A stretch of 62,017 bases of DNA, counting the filler, from Choristocarpus tenellus KU-1152 (lineage: Eukaryota > Protista > Phaeophyceae), in assembly GCA_964200185.2 (NCBI GenBank). It is 12 parts of 12 records of this genome, joined end to end, with 100 filler letters (N's around TTAATTAATTAA, not from the genome) between each part and the next. Parts side by side here need not be neighbours in the genome. Positions count along the whole stretch, not along the records: positions 23,810 to 27,392 come from CAXNAD020019120.1; positions 27,493 to 31,206 come from CAXNAD020018344.1; positions 31,307 to 36,899 come from CAXNAD020010308.1; positions 37,000 to 40,173 come from CAXNAD020021785.1; 8 more parts are not named here. One strand, 5' to 3'. Positions 26,273 through 38,638 of the stretch are shown here, in pieces (within the stretch, counting starts at the first letter, position 1; each line of letters opens with the position of its first letter). Both the position numbers and the translations under genes were made by a program. The notes below the pieces were generated by a model. The model made no database searches. It was not told where the DNA came from and saw only the letters and a program-made list of their open reading frames with translations.

Positions 26273-27699
26273 CAATGGCAAGCGCAGTTTCGACGTTGAG
26301 CTGATCCACATTACCTAAACAGTCTCGCTGGATGACAACACTTGGAGCAAGTTGCTTCAGCCAGCCTTTTTCTCCTTTATAGACTTCCTCACGAGCGCAA
26401 GGCCACGCTCACTTAAAGGACGCACCACTTCTGTGCATGTGACGTTTGTGAGTTTCATCTTGTACGAGCCGAGGTAGTGATGCTCTAGGAGATGGGACAT
26501 GCCCTTCAGAGTTAAGGCCCACGTTCTCGATCCGTGGGCAGCGCCATCGGCGGGCGGATGGGTTGTTGTTGAGGGAATGTTGGACATGGCAAAGATTGGG
26601 AGGGTGTGATGGGGATGGATAGGTAAGAGGTCTGCGTGGTATCTACGGAAGGGAATGAATTGAAATGAGGACTGAGGGATGGGAGGTGCTGTTTTATTTC
26701 ATCTGGTCTGTCGATCCTCAAAACTCAGATTTCAATTTTTTTATGAGAATTGTGCTACAAAAAATACGAATATCAAACAGCATATGATTTCATATTGAAG
26801 TGGGACAAAGAGTACCAGTATTTTTGTGATCTTTTCGTTTCGTACGTTTCAAACGTATTAGATCGATGAAGGATGTGGTTTGTATCTATATTTCTTGATG
26901 TAAAGATTAGAATATCATTCTAATTTTGGAAAAACCCTAACGCACGTGTTTTGGGTGTTCAACGGTAAACAAGATCCGCGCGGATCTTGAATACCATAGA
27001 TCCGCCTTTTGTGGTCTCTAGTGTTAATTTAAATACTAAAGACGCCAAAAAGCGGATTTAGTATTTAAATAAATAGTGGGTACCGGTTGGTAGTGTCCTT
27101 TTAGTTTCTGAAAACTGGAAACGTGTGAGACCATAAAGTGCGTTCTTGGTATTTTAAAAAACCCTAAGAATGGTTATTACTGGATTTACTATTTTAAAAT
27201 CCCTAATGCATGTGTAAAGTGCATCTTCAGGTATTCCAGATCCGTGCTGATCAGTTTTACCCAAAGAACCACTTTTTATCGCCTCTACAGTTTATGACAA
27301 TCCATATATCCAATTTGGTAAGATTTTGTACTTGAAATATGTAGAGGGTTAGAGTTGTTTTTTGACGTTTTGGTTACTGTAAATTGGAGACANNNNNNNN
27401 NNNNNNNNNNNNNNNNNNNNNNNNNNNNNNNNNNNNTTAATTAATTAANNNNNNNNNNNNNNNNNNNNNNNNNNNNNNNNNNNNNNNNNNNNGATAATCA
27501 GAAAATAATCATATCTACTTATCATACGTGCCATATATGATATATCAACTGATGATCCAATATCAGGTCCCTACCGTACATGAACTGCCATACATGAGCG
27601 TTGTGTAGAGCTCAACTGGAATATACGGAAACATATATCTGACTCTACCTTTCCTCCATTACTCCACCGATGGTGTCTATAGTGTATCAGCAGCACTAT

Positions 27700-30600
27700 C
27701 TACGAACATAGTCCCCTGCCCTTGGCACTAGCATTGAGTGTTTCTCCCTCATCTAAATCTGGCACATCCCTCAGTGTCGGTTCAAGGAGTATATAGTTCT
27801 CCGTATACTTCTCCATGTCAATACGCTTCGGCTGGCGGCCAACCATCGACCGGCGGTGTTGTCTGACACACTGGGGTGCAGCCTCGACACTGTCCCTCTT
27901 GTTCTTCTCCCGAAGTTGGTTGGCACCCTCCTCGATCTCGTCCTCTGTCATGTACGACCTCAGATGAGGGGGCAAAGATTTTTCGCCATTGTCCAGAAGG
28001 TAGGACACTGAGAAAATGTACGCCCCTGAACCGTCCACGTGAACATCACTGACCTTTCCCTTGTACGATAGATCCCCCACTCGCGCATAGAATGAAGCTG
28101 GTTCTTCGACCGAACCTGGCGTCGGATGTGTCCCCAAGTCTGAGTTGCCCGGAGAAGTGAGCAGGTATCCCACAGAGGGATTGCTGGTTGGATTCTGTGG
28201 TGAACCTCCGGTATTGACCAGGCAGGATCGTGAATGTATTGTCCAGGTGGTTGTGGTGGAATCAAAGTATGTTAGAGGGTAGAGCCGCGTCCTTTTGTGG
28301 GCCAAAATCCAATGTTGCATTTTTAATGTAATTTTGGCTATCATGTTTGTTAGGAAGTGTCAATACCCTTGTTCCGGACACACCTTTTCGTAAGGTATAC
28401 ATCTTACCTACTCCGAAACATTTTGGAATAGGTAAAATATCATCAAAAACCTGTGGAATGTCAAGCCCGAAAAGGACATCCAGGGAAAAACTCGTACCCT
28501 CGAAGATACTTTTACTCGTGGGTGTCTGTGAAGCTCAGGAGGATGATAGCCTGAAGGGGCACGATGCGGGGACCCGGTTGTGCGTCCTGCATCACCCCAA
28601 AGATGTTCATTGCAAGGGCTGTGTTGTTGTGTTGGACTATTATTGGCATGTGTTTGCGCGTGATGGCCTTGTTTGGTTGTATAGGGGTGTTGTTTGTTTT
28701 GGTTTGGAGGAATGGAGAGTTTTACGTAGGATAGAGGATACACTTAGCGAAATGAAGGAATGGGATACGCTTATTTGCCCTATGGAACTTGTAAAATATT
28801 ATGTGAAAGTTGACGATTGCGGTTGTAGAGTAGGAGACAAAAATGACACCGGTTTGGATGTCAGGGTTGGACGTTATGGGAGGATTTCATCTGGGTATGA
28901 GGGGATATCAGGGGATATGCAACATCTGTATATAGACAGCGGGAATTCATTCGTGTGGAGCATTGTTCTCTTAGTAAAAATAAGAAGCGTTTCTCACCTT
29001 GTCCGTCCGTGACATGCGAATAGTTGGCACTCCATCAATAAAGCTAGCACTTAGCACATCGAACTCTTCAGTGACAAAGACGACCTCATCTCCAGCACTG
29101 AACATCCCTCCGTAGCTGGAGTGGTGCCTGGCGTTCTATTGAATCGTGTCCTTGTGGTGGACAGTGAACGGCAAAAACTCTATATACCATTCTACTCTGA
29201 TGACTGCGTCCGCACAATGCATATGTTCCCCTTAGCAAGCTGTCTCTTCTTCCTCGACAGCTGGCTTCTCAGATACATATCGCCCGTTCCTGTTTCCGTG
29301 GAAAATCCGAAGTCTATCTCCTTTAGCGGGGGCACATGGGTTATTGCCACCTGCATTGGGCCAGGTTGCCGATGGAACAGTTCGTGCAGTACCACGACAG
29401 TTCGGTGTATATAAATGTACGGGAGTCTGGTGGTGAGCTGACCAGTGAAGAACCTGTGCATCGACTTTATGGCACTGAGGTTGGGGACACGTGGGTCGTG
29501 TTGTCCCGCGCGGTCGATCTTGTAAGCCGAAAGGTGGACTATCTCCTGTGTTCGGAACGTGTCGATGTATAGAAGTTTTGTAGACGTGTTACTGTGTGGT
29601 CTGCGGTGTCACTATCCGTCCAATCCTAAGGGGTGTGGTGATTGTGCGTATACGAGGAGGGGAGGTACGTGTTGGAGTCAGTCTTGGTACTGAGGCGGGG
29701 TCCTGTGACTGAATCGATGTTATGGCATTTTCTTTGGGATGATATGTGCTACCTATTCCTGGAAAGGTGCTTGGTAAATGACAGATGTCAATATGTGATG
29801 AAAACAAAAACTTGGAGTTTTGGGTTAGTTTGATGCTTGGCAGAATTCTGAAAAATAGAGGTTGAGATGATTGTAAGTGTGCACGGATGGTGTATGGTCA
29901 AATAAGAAGTGCTTATGTGTGATTATCATGTCGCGCGTGGTGCTGACGTGAAGGGAAGGCACGAATCAGACATAATGGGTCAACGATATCTGTTTAGTGT
30001 TTAGTGTATGGATTCGCAAGAGGCGCAAGGGGGTAGTCTTTCGCCAGTGGCAAACAGGGGCCGATTATTGTGAGTGGGGGGGACCGTGCACGTCATATAT
30101 GTGCTACCTGTTCCTGTAACAATTGTTTGGTAAGCAACAGACGTGAATATGGGAGAAGAAAGCGATAACTTAGAGATTGGGTTAGTTTATCGGTTGGCAG
30201 GCTAATGCAAAATAGAGGGCGATGGTTGCAAGTGTGCATGGACGGTGTGCGGTCGATTGAGAAGTGTGTATGTGCAATTAGCATGTCACACGTGGTGGCG
30301 ACGTGAAGGGAGTCACGGATGTGTGACACAATTTTGAACGGTAAATATTACGTGTTTCGTGTATAGATGGGCAAGGGGCGTACAGGTTGGGGTCCTCGCC
30401 AGTGGCAAACAGAGGCCGATTTTTGTGAGTTGGGGGGATCGTCATGTGGAGTGTGCCTACCTTTGTCATGATTGTCTGTCCAGGAGGAAACTTATGACCT
30501 TTGCGGTAGTGCCACTCTTCCTCTGGTGTCGGATCCCTCAAGGTGTATTGAGTTTTGGTTGCCTTGATTGTATCCACTAGGGAAGCTGAGGTTCCTGGCT

Positions 30601-30989
30601 AGAGGTATTAGGTGGTCTTTCACAAACATCTCCACGGTGTTCTGGATGAACTCGTTGTCTTGGCTTCAGTCTTCACTACACACTGTCATGCTGTGAGCCC
30701 AAACCCTTCCCTTCCCAAGATTTCCCTCTTCTCTGAGATCCCTCAACCACCAGACAATGGTCAGAAGCGCTGTGAGGAATAGTTTGAAGAACTCTTGTTG
30801 TGTCAAGTCTTCGTGGTTGTGTTGAAGGTGGGCGCTGAAGTCCATGGACATGGCGGTGTGTCCTTTGGGGAGGCGGGATTTGCAGTGTTTGTATTGTTGC
30901 GCCTGCCAAATGGTAGTGTTGTGATGAAGGAAGGAGTTCTTGTCAAAGTTTGCAAATATGACCTTTAGGAGTGTAGGGAATCCCTCCAT
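27700..30989 (-). pseudogene. Decayed spliced DNA transposase, Sola2-like, with a possible C-terminal Tudor-like domain
   Basis: ...LPKGHTAMSMDFSAHLQHNHEDLTQQEFF...CSED/SQDNEFI...WTDN resembles the Sola2 DF(S/A)ENY..Q..W / SD..HD / WSDG motif series; third catalytic motif not found; stops and frameshifts; last segment contains YKGKVSDVHVDGSGAYIFSVSYLLDNGE. Confidence 0.55.
28259..28517. mobile_element. MITE family 1 copy C, flanks GTG/GTG
   Basis: Full-length match with TIRs. Confidence 0.9.
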
Positions 30990-30999
30990 CCGTGGGAAC

Positions 31000-31206
31000 G
31001 AGCCAAATTATCTTAGAGGGTAGAGCCGCGTCCATTTGGTGGTCAAAATCCAATGTTGCGATTTCGATGTAATTTTGGCTATCGTGTTTGTTAGGAAGTG
31101 TCAATATCCTTGTTCCGGACACACCTTTTCACAACGTATATATTCTACCTACTCCGAAATTATTTCGGAGTGGGAAAGTGTCATAAAAACCCCGAGGGAA
31201 GCCAAG
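31000..31206. mobile_element. MITE family 1 copy D, cut by contig end
   Basis: GAGCCAAATTATCTTAGAGGGTAGAG start and family internal sequence. Confidence 0.88.
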
Positions 31207-31507
31207 NNNNNNNNNNNNNNNNNNNNNNNNNNNNNNNNNNNNNNNNNNNNTTAATTAATTAANNNNNNNNNNNNNNNNNNNNNNNNNNNNNNNNNNNNNN
31301 NNNNNNGTGAAAAACGGCCCCCGCCCCCCCCCCCCCCCCCAAGATACTTTGACCCCCAAATAATAGAAATCTAGCAATATGCACTGTTTCTGATGATGTA
31401 TCATATTTGCATTTCTCTGCAGAATAGTATCTGCTCCCAGATATGTATTCCCATGGACCAGCAGCCACACTGGTAAGGCAAGCACCTTACAAATCCTTCC
31501 TTGTCAG

Positions 31508-32077
31508 GCAGAGATACCCCCTCAAGATAAAACTTCCATGTGGAATCAGCATGGTATCACGACTCAATCCCAAGAGACTTCTCCCAGCAGCATCTCCTCA
31601 GTATCAGGCTTCCAATTATACAGTGAGGATGCCTTCTCAGCAGCTGCTGAACTGTCTGTTGGTCGAGCAGGTGGAGGACCAGTACAGCTGTCCTTCATAC
31701 ATTTCCCAATTGACGACATGAGCCCAGCGTCCAACACAGCAGATCTAGCTGCCCTGGTCGAGAACTTGACAGATTGTGTACTGTCTCATACGGTCACATA
31801 CATTCACTGCTGGGGGGGGCGAGGACGAACAGGTCTCATAGCTGCTTGCCTTCTTGGTGCACTATACCCAGATCTGAAGGCTGAGGAGGCGTTGACCAGA
31901 GTTGATGAATACTTTAGATTGAGGTCAGGGCAGCATGGTCAAGGGGGGGGGACAGAAGAGAGGCAGCATCGCCTATCACCTGAGACATACTCTCAGGAGG
32001 AGCAGGTTCATGAATATTTTCAGATTTTCCTTGGGGATAACAGCCAGAGAACATTAGAATCCAATGTGGAGATGTAA
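31508..32077 (+). CDS. Terminal exon of a Cys-based protein tyrosine/dual-specificity phosphatase (CDKN3-like P-loop)
   Basis: FPIDD acid loop, YIHCWGGRGRTG (CX5R), PET..Q loop; acceptor TTGTCAG at 31501-31507. Confidence 0.85.
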   Translation, partial: AEIPPQDKTSMWNQHGITTQSQETSPSSISSVSGFQLYSEDAFSAAAELSVGRAGGGPVQLSFIHFPIDDMSPASNTADLAALVENLTDCVLSHTVTYIHCWGGRGRTGLIAACLLGALYPDLKAEEALTRVDEYFRLRSGQHGQGGGTEERQHRLSPETYSQEEQVHEYFQIFLGDNSQRTLESNVEM

Positions 32078-32693
32078 GTGATTCCAAAGAGGTGCACTAA
32101 CAAGTGGAGAGGAACTCAACCACCAGGCCCAATATGAAATGTTGGCTACTTACCAAACTAGAAATTGTTGTAGGAGTCTTACTAGAAGCACAAACTATTT
32201 TAGAGCATTGTGTATGAATTACTTGATTCCTGATCGTGGTCTCAGCTGCCAAAACAGGTATTGGATTGATATGATAAGCTTAGCTAGGAAGAGGAAGGTA
32301 CTTTTATGTAAGACCTGTTCATAGTAACAAAACAAATTTGTTACTTTCCTTGTTAACCTCACATGTGGACATTTAATATCGTTCTTGTATCGTAACAGTA
32401 CTGACAAGACTGCATTCTTGGGAGGCAAAGTTGCACAAAGTGTAAATAAAATGGTCAGATAAGAAAATCTTGATTAAACGTCAGTCATCTAGTCAGGAAA
32501 TCTTTTGCCATCTTCCAGTAAGCATGCACAATTCCTATCGCAACATCCACAAAAAATCATCTCATTCATCCCTCCTAGTTTTGCACTTGAGGAAAGCTCT
32601 GTTATCAGTATCTATAGGAATACAGAAAGTCCTTTGGTTGAGCATGACATGCCTAAGTCTGAAAAGTTGCAATGTATTGAATCTAGAAGCAAT

Positions 32694-34063
32694 TCAGTGG
32701 TCTTTCACTGCCATACGGGAAACCACACAGTCCTCCATGCTTGCCATCTCCAGCTCATCATCAGATATTTTATAGAGCCCCTTTAACCTTTCCCTGAGAG
32801 CACCATTATTTTTATAGCCTTCCCCCAACGAGTCTAAGCTGCAACGTTCTCCTTGCACCTCTGTAAGAATTAGATGCAATTCGTGTTCCTCCATGCCAAT
32901 GGCCACCAACAGAAGGGTGGGCTCACCATCCACCTAACATTAATGGAAAGAATGATCATAGGGCAACTTGTATAAGTAGTGATTATAGGATCCACAGCCT
33001 GTGCATGGGGAAGGAATGGTAACCATAGCAAGCTTGAAGTAATGATCGATCATCAAATGTGAATAGGCAGATTCAAGAGGTTGAGATTCCAGATGACCCT
33101 CCTGTACTGATACCTGCTATCTTGAGAGATATGCACACACATCTTTATGCTTCCTGCTGATAAAAAATCGAATAGATATTCCTCTGATAGATAGTGCTGT
33201 GAATTGGTACAACTTCCACTTTCCTCTGATTAGCGATACAACCCAGGACTCCTGCTCACCGGTACACAGAATGTCTGCAAGAGAGCACTCATATTTTTAG
33301 AGCCCGACAACGACCACATTAGCTCCGACGGTAGAGACCTGAACCGAAAGCACAGGATGGTAAAGACTTGTGAGACACAATTTAGTACAGAAATTGCCAT
33401 ACCTGAACTCAAAGCAGTAGGCTTCCAATTTCCTCATCCAAGTTGCAACTCGGTGGTTACTATATCGATTACTTGAATAGGACAACACCTTTCACCATTA
33501 AAAAATGAACGCTGAGGCGCACTATTTTACCCTGACATAACATTTCTGTACACAGCACTTTCACCCAACAAATAATTCGTACCCCATCTCACGGCATACT
33601 TCGTACCAACAGGCAGTCGAGGACATAAAGAGAAAGTCACAATACTAACGACGCTGGGATAATCCCCCACTTTCATCCTACCTTGTCTTCATCTTCCCAG
33701 ATTTTTCTCGCTCTACTGCCATGGTGGCGGCGACACGGACTTGAAACGTGCTCACCAGAATCCCTGTGGAAGCGGTTGGGACCAACCTTGATACTGAGAG
33801 CCAAGCCACACTGTAGTGACATTCTATCCCAAGCTATGATTGGGGAAATCTAGTGAGTACTAAAAGAAGCTCACATCTGAGAGCTAGCTGGTTGAGAGGG
33901 GATGGAGATCAGGGGACAGGTGACACGATCATTGCCAACCTGCGTCAAGCAGGGATACGCGATTCAAAAACTTGTCCCTAAGCTCCTTGCTGTTTTTTAC
34001 GTTGCGATAAAGAGCTAAGGTGATATCGACATTTGGAAACATGTCTAATGGGAAGCTCATCAT
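32694..34063 (-). CDS. CGI121: KEOPS complex subunit CGI121/TPRKB, complete, ~174 aa. Exons 34063-33940, 33763-33682, 33338-33260, 32933-32694
   Basis: MMSFPLDMFPNVDITLALYRNVKNSKELR...LLDA|GILVSTFQVRVAATMAVEREKSGKMKTR|SLPSELMWSLSGSKNMSALLQTF...|...LKGLYKISDDELEMASMEDCVVSRMAVKDH*; all GT-AG, phases 1,2,0; motifs and length match TPRKB. Confidence 0.9.
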
Positions 34064-35364
34064 GCTTCCCTCTACCAAACTGATGCGGTATGAGGAATGG
34101 TGCACACTTTCCTAGACGAAAAATCTACAACCCAAATCCTTTTGTCTTAAGGTCTTAACGCCATTTACAAACAACAGTGACGGTGTGTACATTTGAATGT
34201 ATTATACTACTACCAACCATGACAAAGTGTACGTTTACTAAAATTATATCGTCTCAGAGGAAAAATCAGTGAGGGTAATTATCGGGTTTCAGATGATGAG
34301 TAGAATTTTGTTTACCCCTTGACACATCCGGAAAATGTCAGAGGGCATAATAATATATATAATGAGAGTAGGTCTTGTTACACATGTCAATAACATCAAC
34401 TCTGTCACAAAAGCATAATAACCCTACTACTGGTCAAACGTAGAGGTCTTACATACACTAACTTTATATATAGTTGATAAATCTGATGAATACAATTTGA
34501 TACGAAGTATTCATACCAATGTACAAATCTCTTCACCTCCCCAAAAATTACTTACTACCTTGTTTAACGAGCCTCAAAAAGTTGGTTCTCATATTTTTAG
34601 TGAGGGTTGCAATCAATCTAAAATGATAGTGGTTTACACAGGGTACGTAGAAAAATTAGCTTCTAAGCCTGATTGTTACGCCTACTCTAATAATATCGTG
34701 TTCTGAATGGTGTTAACTAAGACTACTAACTACTGTTTGTCTGAGGGATTCCTTTGCGGATTCACGTCCTGTCGCACTGATAATTCTCTCCCCACCAGTC
34801 CGCGCACCCTCCAAACTTGCCCTTGTCTGCAACCTTACCTCATCCTCCATGACAGTTCGTCTTGGTCCATCTGGTCCATCTTGCCCATTAATGATATTTT
34901 CCACCTTTGCCACAGTAAATCACACTACCACAAAATAACAAGTGAAATTGTTGTTGATATGAAAAGTACATAAAAATAATGAAATTTGATAGTTGAGACC
35001 TATTATCTGTGTTTTAAAATACTCTTTTACTACAAAGAGTAACCTAATTTTTTGGTCAAGACCACAATGTTCCAGACAAAGGGAATGGTGCGGATAATCT
35101 ATACCCTCCAGTTTTAATTTCATTCAAATACCAAGCCACTGCTATCATGCACCTGGTGAGGTGTGTCCAGTCTTGGACACTTGAGGGGAGGGAGAAGGGG
35201 GAGTTGAATTCTATCAACGCCATGGGTGAAGATGCCCAAAACCACACTAAAAAAGGTTGTACTTCTAGGTAGTATGTGGGAAGAGGATGAAGGTTTTTCT
35301 CTAGGCAAATTGAATCTTTGTCAGCCTAATGCTATCTTCATCGGCGTCTGAACAATCAGGTCAT

Positions 35365-35541
35365 GACCCAAAGTATCTGAGGGGGGGGGGTGTCTACATC
35401 AGGGTGTCCATTTGGGTCAAAATCAGGAAAAGTGCATTTACATTATCCATCCCACGTATGCAACCAAATCACCCCAAAATCACGACATAAAAAATTTGAT
35501 CACAAATGGACAGTCACCACCCCCCCTAGATACTTTCAGCC
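35365..35541. mobile_element. MITE family 2 copy, 4-bp TSD TCAT
   Basis: TIRs and exact flanking duplication. Confidence 0.9.
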
Positions 35542-36578
35542 TCATTGCGAATTTCTGCTACTACCACTAGAAACTCCAACTCCAGCAACATCACCAGCTT
35601 GTCATATTACTTATTACTTAGAACTACCTACCCTGAACCACGTTCTTGTCAGGTTTTCCACGTCTCATCCTCCTCTTTGCCTTACTTCTATGCTTGACCC
35701 TAAATATCCCTACCCTCTCCCTCTCATCTCTGTGCATTGCTTTCCTCTTTTCTCCCGCCCTCATACAATAATCTCTCCTTTCTACCTTCGTATGACTCAC
35801 CCAACCTAAAGCATCTGCGCTCCCTGACATACGAGAAAGCACATATTCCAAGCAGTAGTCACCTGGTACAACCAAGTGATGTGCACCTGTCTGACATCCG
35901 ACTGTGACTGATCCTTACGGCACACAAAGGTAACAGAGGGCTGACAATTAACGCAATGCATTGACCGAGTTTAACACATCCGTCTAAACATCGGTTGCAG
36001 GAACAACCATCTACTTGTCATCCCCAGAGTGACATCTCACCTCCTCATCATGGATAGGGCCATCCTAGGTCAGCTTCATTCCAACACAATAGAGACTTGT
36101 CGTCGGTGAATGCGGATACCCCCCTTCCCCCCTCAAGGGCAGCTTGAGTTTCCACGAGTATCCTCCAGGGTCCAACACATCACCGCTTTCCTCCTTGAGG
36201 GGACTGTCTACATCTGCATGGTCCTAGCAGACCCTAGCACCACAATCTTGACATATTCACTCTGTTGCTCTGTGGCAGTTCCCACGAGCAGGACGGAACT
36301 TACACCAACCACCCAATCTCAGTCACGGCTTGGGTTTGCCCTCTCCACCATATTCAAATCTCATTACTTGTAGGGCACCTTGCCATGACTGCATTTAGCG
36401 AACTCTCAAAACAGTGTGGAACGGACTATCAATAGTACCAAAACACCTTCATAGATTGTTGGGGGCTGTGATGCAAGAATCTATATGGAGAACAACATCC
36501 ACACCTACCCAGCACCTCAAATCGATCGACCCTGTAAGCTTTGAGGGGGTTTGGGACGGTTAGACTGTGTACAGGAAT

Positions 36579-36840
36579 GAGTCAAAGCAACCAAGAGGAC
36601 TTAGAGTTGCATTTTAAAGATGGCAGCAACTATGTGGAAAAGTTGGATTTTTTTTGCAAATTTGCGTAGTATATTTTTCGAATTATGTCGATATGTTTCA
36701 AACAATAATAGAGAAAATAAATAAGCTCAAGTCCAACTTGGAACTTCATCTATAGAAATATAGGCGAATTACAAAAGACTGAAAAATGGTTTATAATACA
36801 AAACAGGCAAAAACTGAGTACCTCTCGTTTACTTTAGCTC
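36579..36840. mobile_element. MITE family 3 (TIR GAGYCAAAGTAAACGAGAGG), 3-bp TSD AAT
   Basis: Imperfect TIRs; reverse-orientation match to 43863-44121 and 46881-47155. Confidence 0.8.
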
Positions 36841-38607
36841 AATATCAAATTTGGTTCTTTTGTTGCTGTTGTTGGCTCAAAGTATCTGGGGGGGGGCGGN
36901 NNNNNNNNNNNNNNNNNNNNNNNNNNNNNNNNNNNNNNNNNNNTTAATTAATTAANNNNNNNNNNNNNNNNNNNNNNNNNNNNNNNNNNNNNNNNNNNNA
37001 TCAGTATCACCATCGATATCACCATCGGTATGGGGATGATCATGATCGGTATCGTGATCAGTATCCCTTCAGTTTCCCTGCACTGTCGGCGGTTACATAT
37101 GTTCTATTTGCAAGTGATTCGCGATACTGTGTCACGGTGACGCCGTCCATGGTGGTTCATGTTGGATAGGATTTTACATTAATACCTAAAACTGGGATAC
37201 ACCCTGTGTTTGAAGCTGTGAGGGGTACGAATGCAGGTCTTCATTCGCTCCTATACAGTATCCATCGCGGCATTGGGTTCAGGAAGCTCTGGTGCAGTCC
37301 TTAAATGGAATTGGTGCGGGACGGCTGATTACCAATCTGGGTGTGAAATTTGGGCACGTATTTTTGTGAAGGCGTCACATCTGGCCAAATTGAACTGCAT
37401 GCAAATGAACAATCGCACAGGTTCCTTGAGCTGCACTGACGAGAGAGAAGATCGAAACCAGGTTTCCATTATTAGTTGCAACATTTCAGTATCTTGTTGA
37501 AGAAATTCCCATACATGTACGAAAACCCTCATAATCTACCGCCCCTTCGTTGCCCCCAATCGATAGAGAGTGAAGAGGGAGAGAGAGTCATCAAGCATGG
37601 CGGGTATTCGACCTTTCTTCTCTCCGACCCAGGAACCTAGTGTTCAGTATCAAGTCCACCGCCTAACCAATATGCCTCATCGAGACTCCCGAGTATGGAC
37701 GCCCAAGCCTGAGAGGTCGAGGGGGTCATGAAAAAGTTTTAAGAAGATGTTGAAGGTGAAGCGTCCACCGCTAAGGATACATTCCATTCAACTGTGGTGG
37801 AGATGGATATACCAGAAGACTCGATACCCTCACTCGGATTCCAGTCTTTGGATGAGAACGTTGGTACATTGGGCACCCATGCGTAGCCAGTAGACGTGCC
37901 TTCGTCATTCGTGATATGTCACCGAAAAGAAGCTCTGTACAATGCTAGATGGCTGTCAGCCCGGATGTGTACATGTGACCACGAAAGAGAGGAAGCACAC
38001 TCCAATCTTGCAATCAAGTCGATGGTCATTGCTATCTCTGAACGTGCAACCTAGTTCACAGAAGAGAAAGCAAGACGTCTAATGCACTATCAGCTATGTC
38101 ACAGCCAGATGGTGACCCGATCCGATCAACACTACGCCAAGTCAATGAAATTTCTCTGAAGGGCTTCAATGCAGACAAGCTGTTGTAAGATCTAATCCGA
38201 TCAACACTGCACTAACTCGATGGATTTTCGCTCCAATGCTTCAATGCAGAAGAACTGTTTTAAGACATCCACCAGCGTCTTCTTGTCTGTATTGAAGTAT
38301 TGCAGACGAAATGTCATGGAGTTAACATAGTGTTGATTCAATTGGATTGGTCACTGTATGATTGTGATTTGGCTGACAGTGCAGGAGGTGCTTTGCTTTG
38401 TCTTCTGTGGGCCAGGTTGCATGCTCAGGGATACCAGTGGCCTTAGACTTGAATGTGAGATCGGAGTATGCCTTGCGGGCCTTCTCTTCTACTGTGAGGA
38501 GATAGGTTGGGACTCCTCACACACACACACACATACACACATTTGTGTGTGTCTTTGTATGTATATATATATACTTTCTCAGTCTTTTGGTGCTGTTCCT
38601 GCCTGCT

Positions 38608-38638
38608 CAGGGTTAGGGTTAGGGTTAGGGTTAGGGTT
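38608..38638 (+). repeat. Interstitial telomere-type tract (TTAGGG)~5
   Basis: AGGGTTAGGGTTAGGGTTAGGGTTAGGGTT; longest of many such tracts in the window. Confidence 0.9.

Larger units (their letters stand above)
23834..26587 (-). pseudogene. Decayed spliced gene encoding a ParB/sulfiredoxin-like N-terminal domain and a possible HTH; probably mobile-element cargo
   Basis: Removing MITE 26015-26272 and correcting two frameshifts gives VRPLSERGLALVRKSIKEKGWLKQLAPSVVIQRDC...AIEGRVLDGNH*ITVLK...ERLIAN|ALNDATKSVVERTLYDKIYF. Exons 26587-25885, 25445-25303, 24952-24739, 24425-24285, then ~24150-23834. Confidence 0.65.

Noticed and set aside
33720-33731. Perfect Kozak GCCGCCACCATGG on the minus strand as a gene start
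   Set aside because: It is internal coding sequence (VAATMAV) of CGI121 exon 2.
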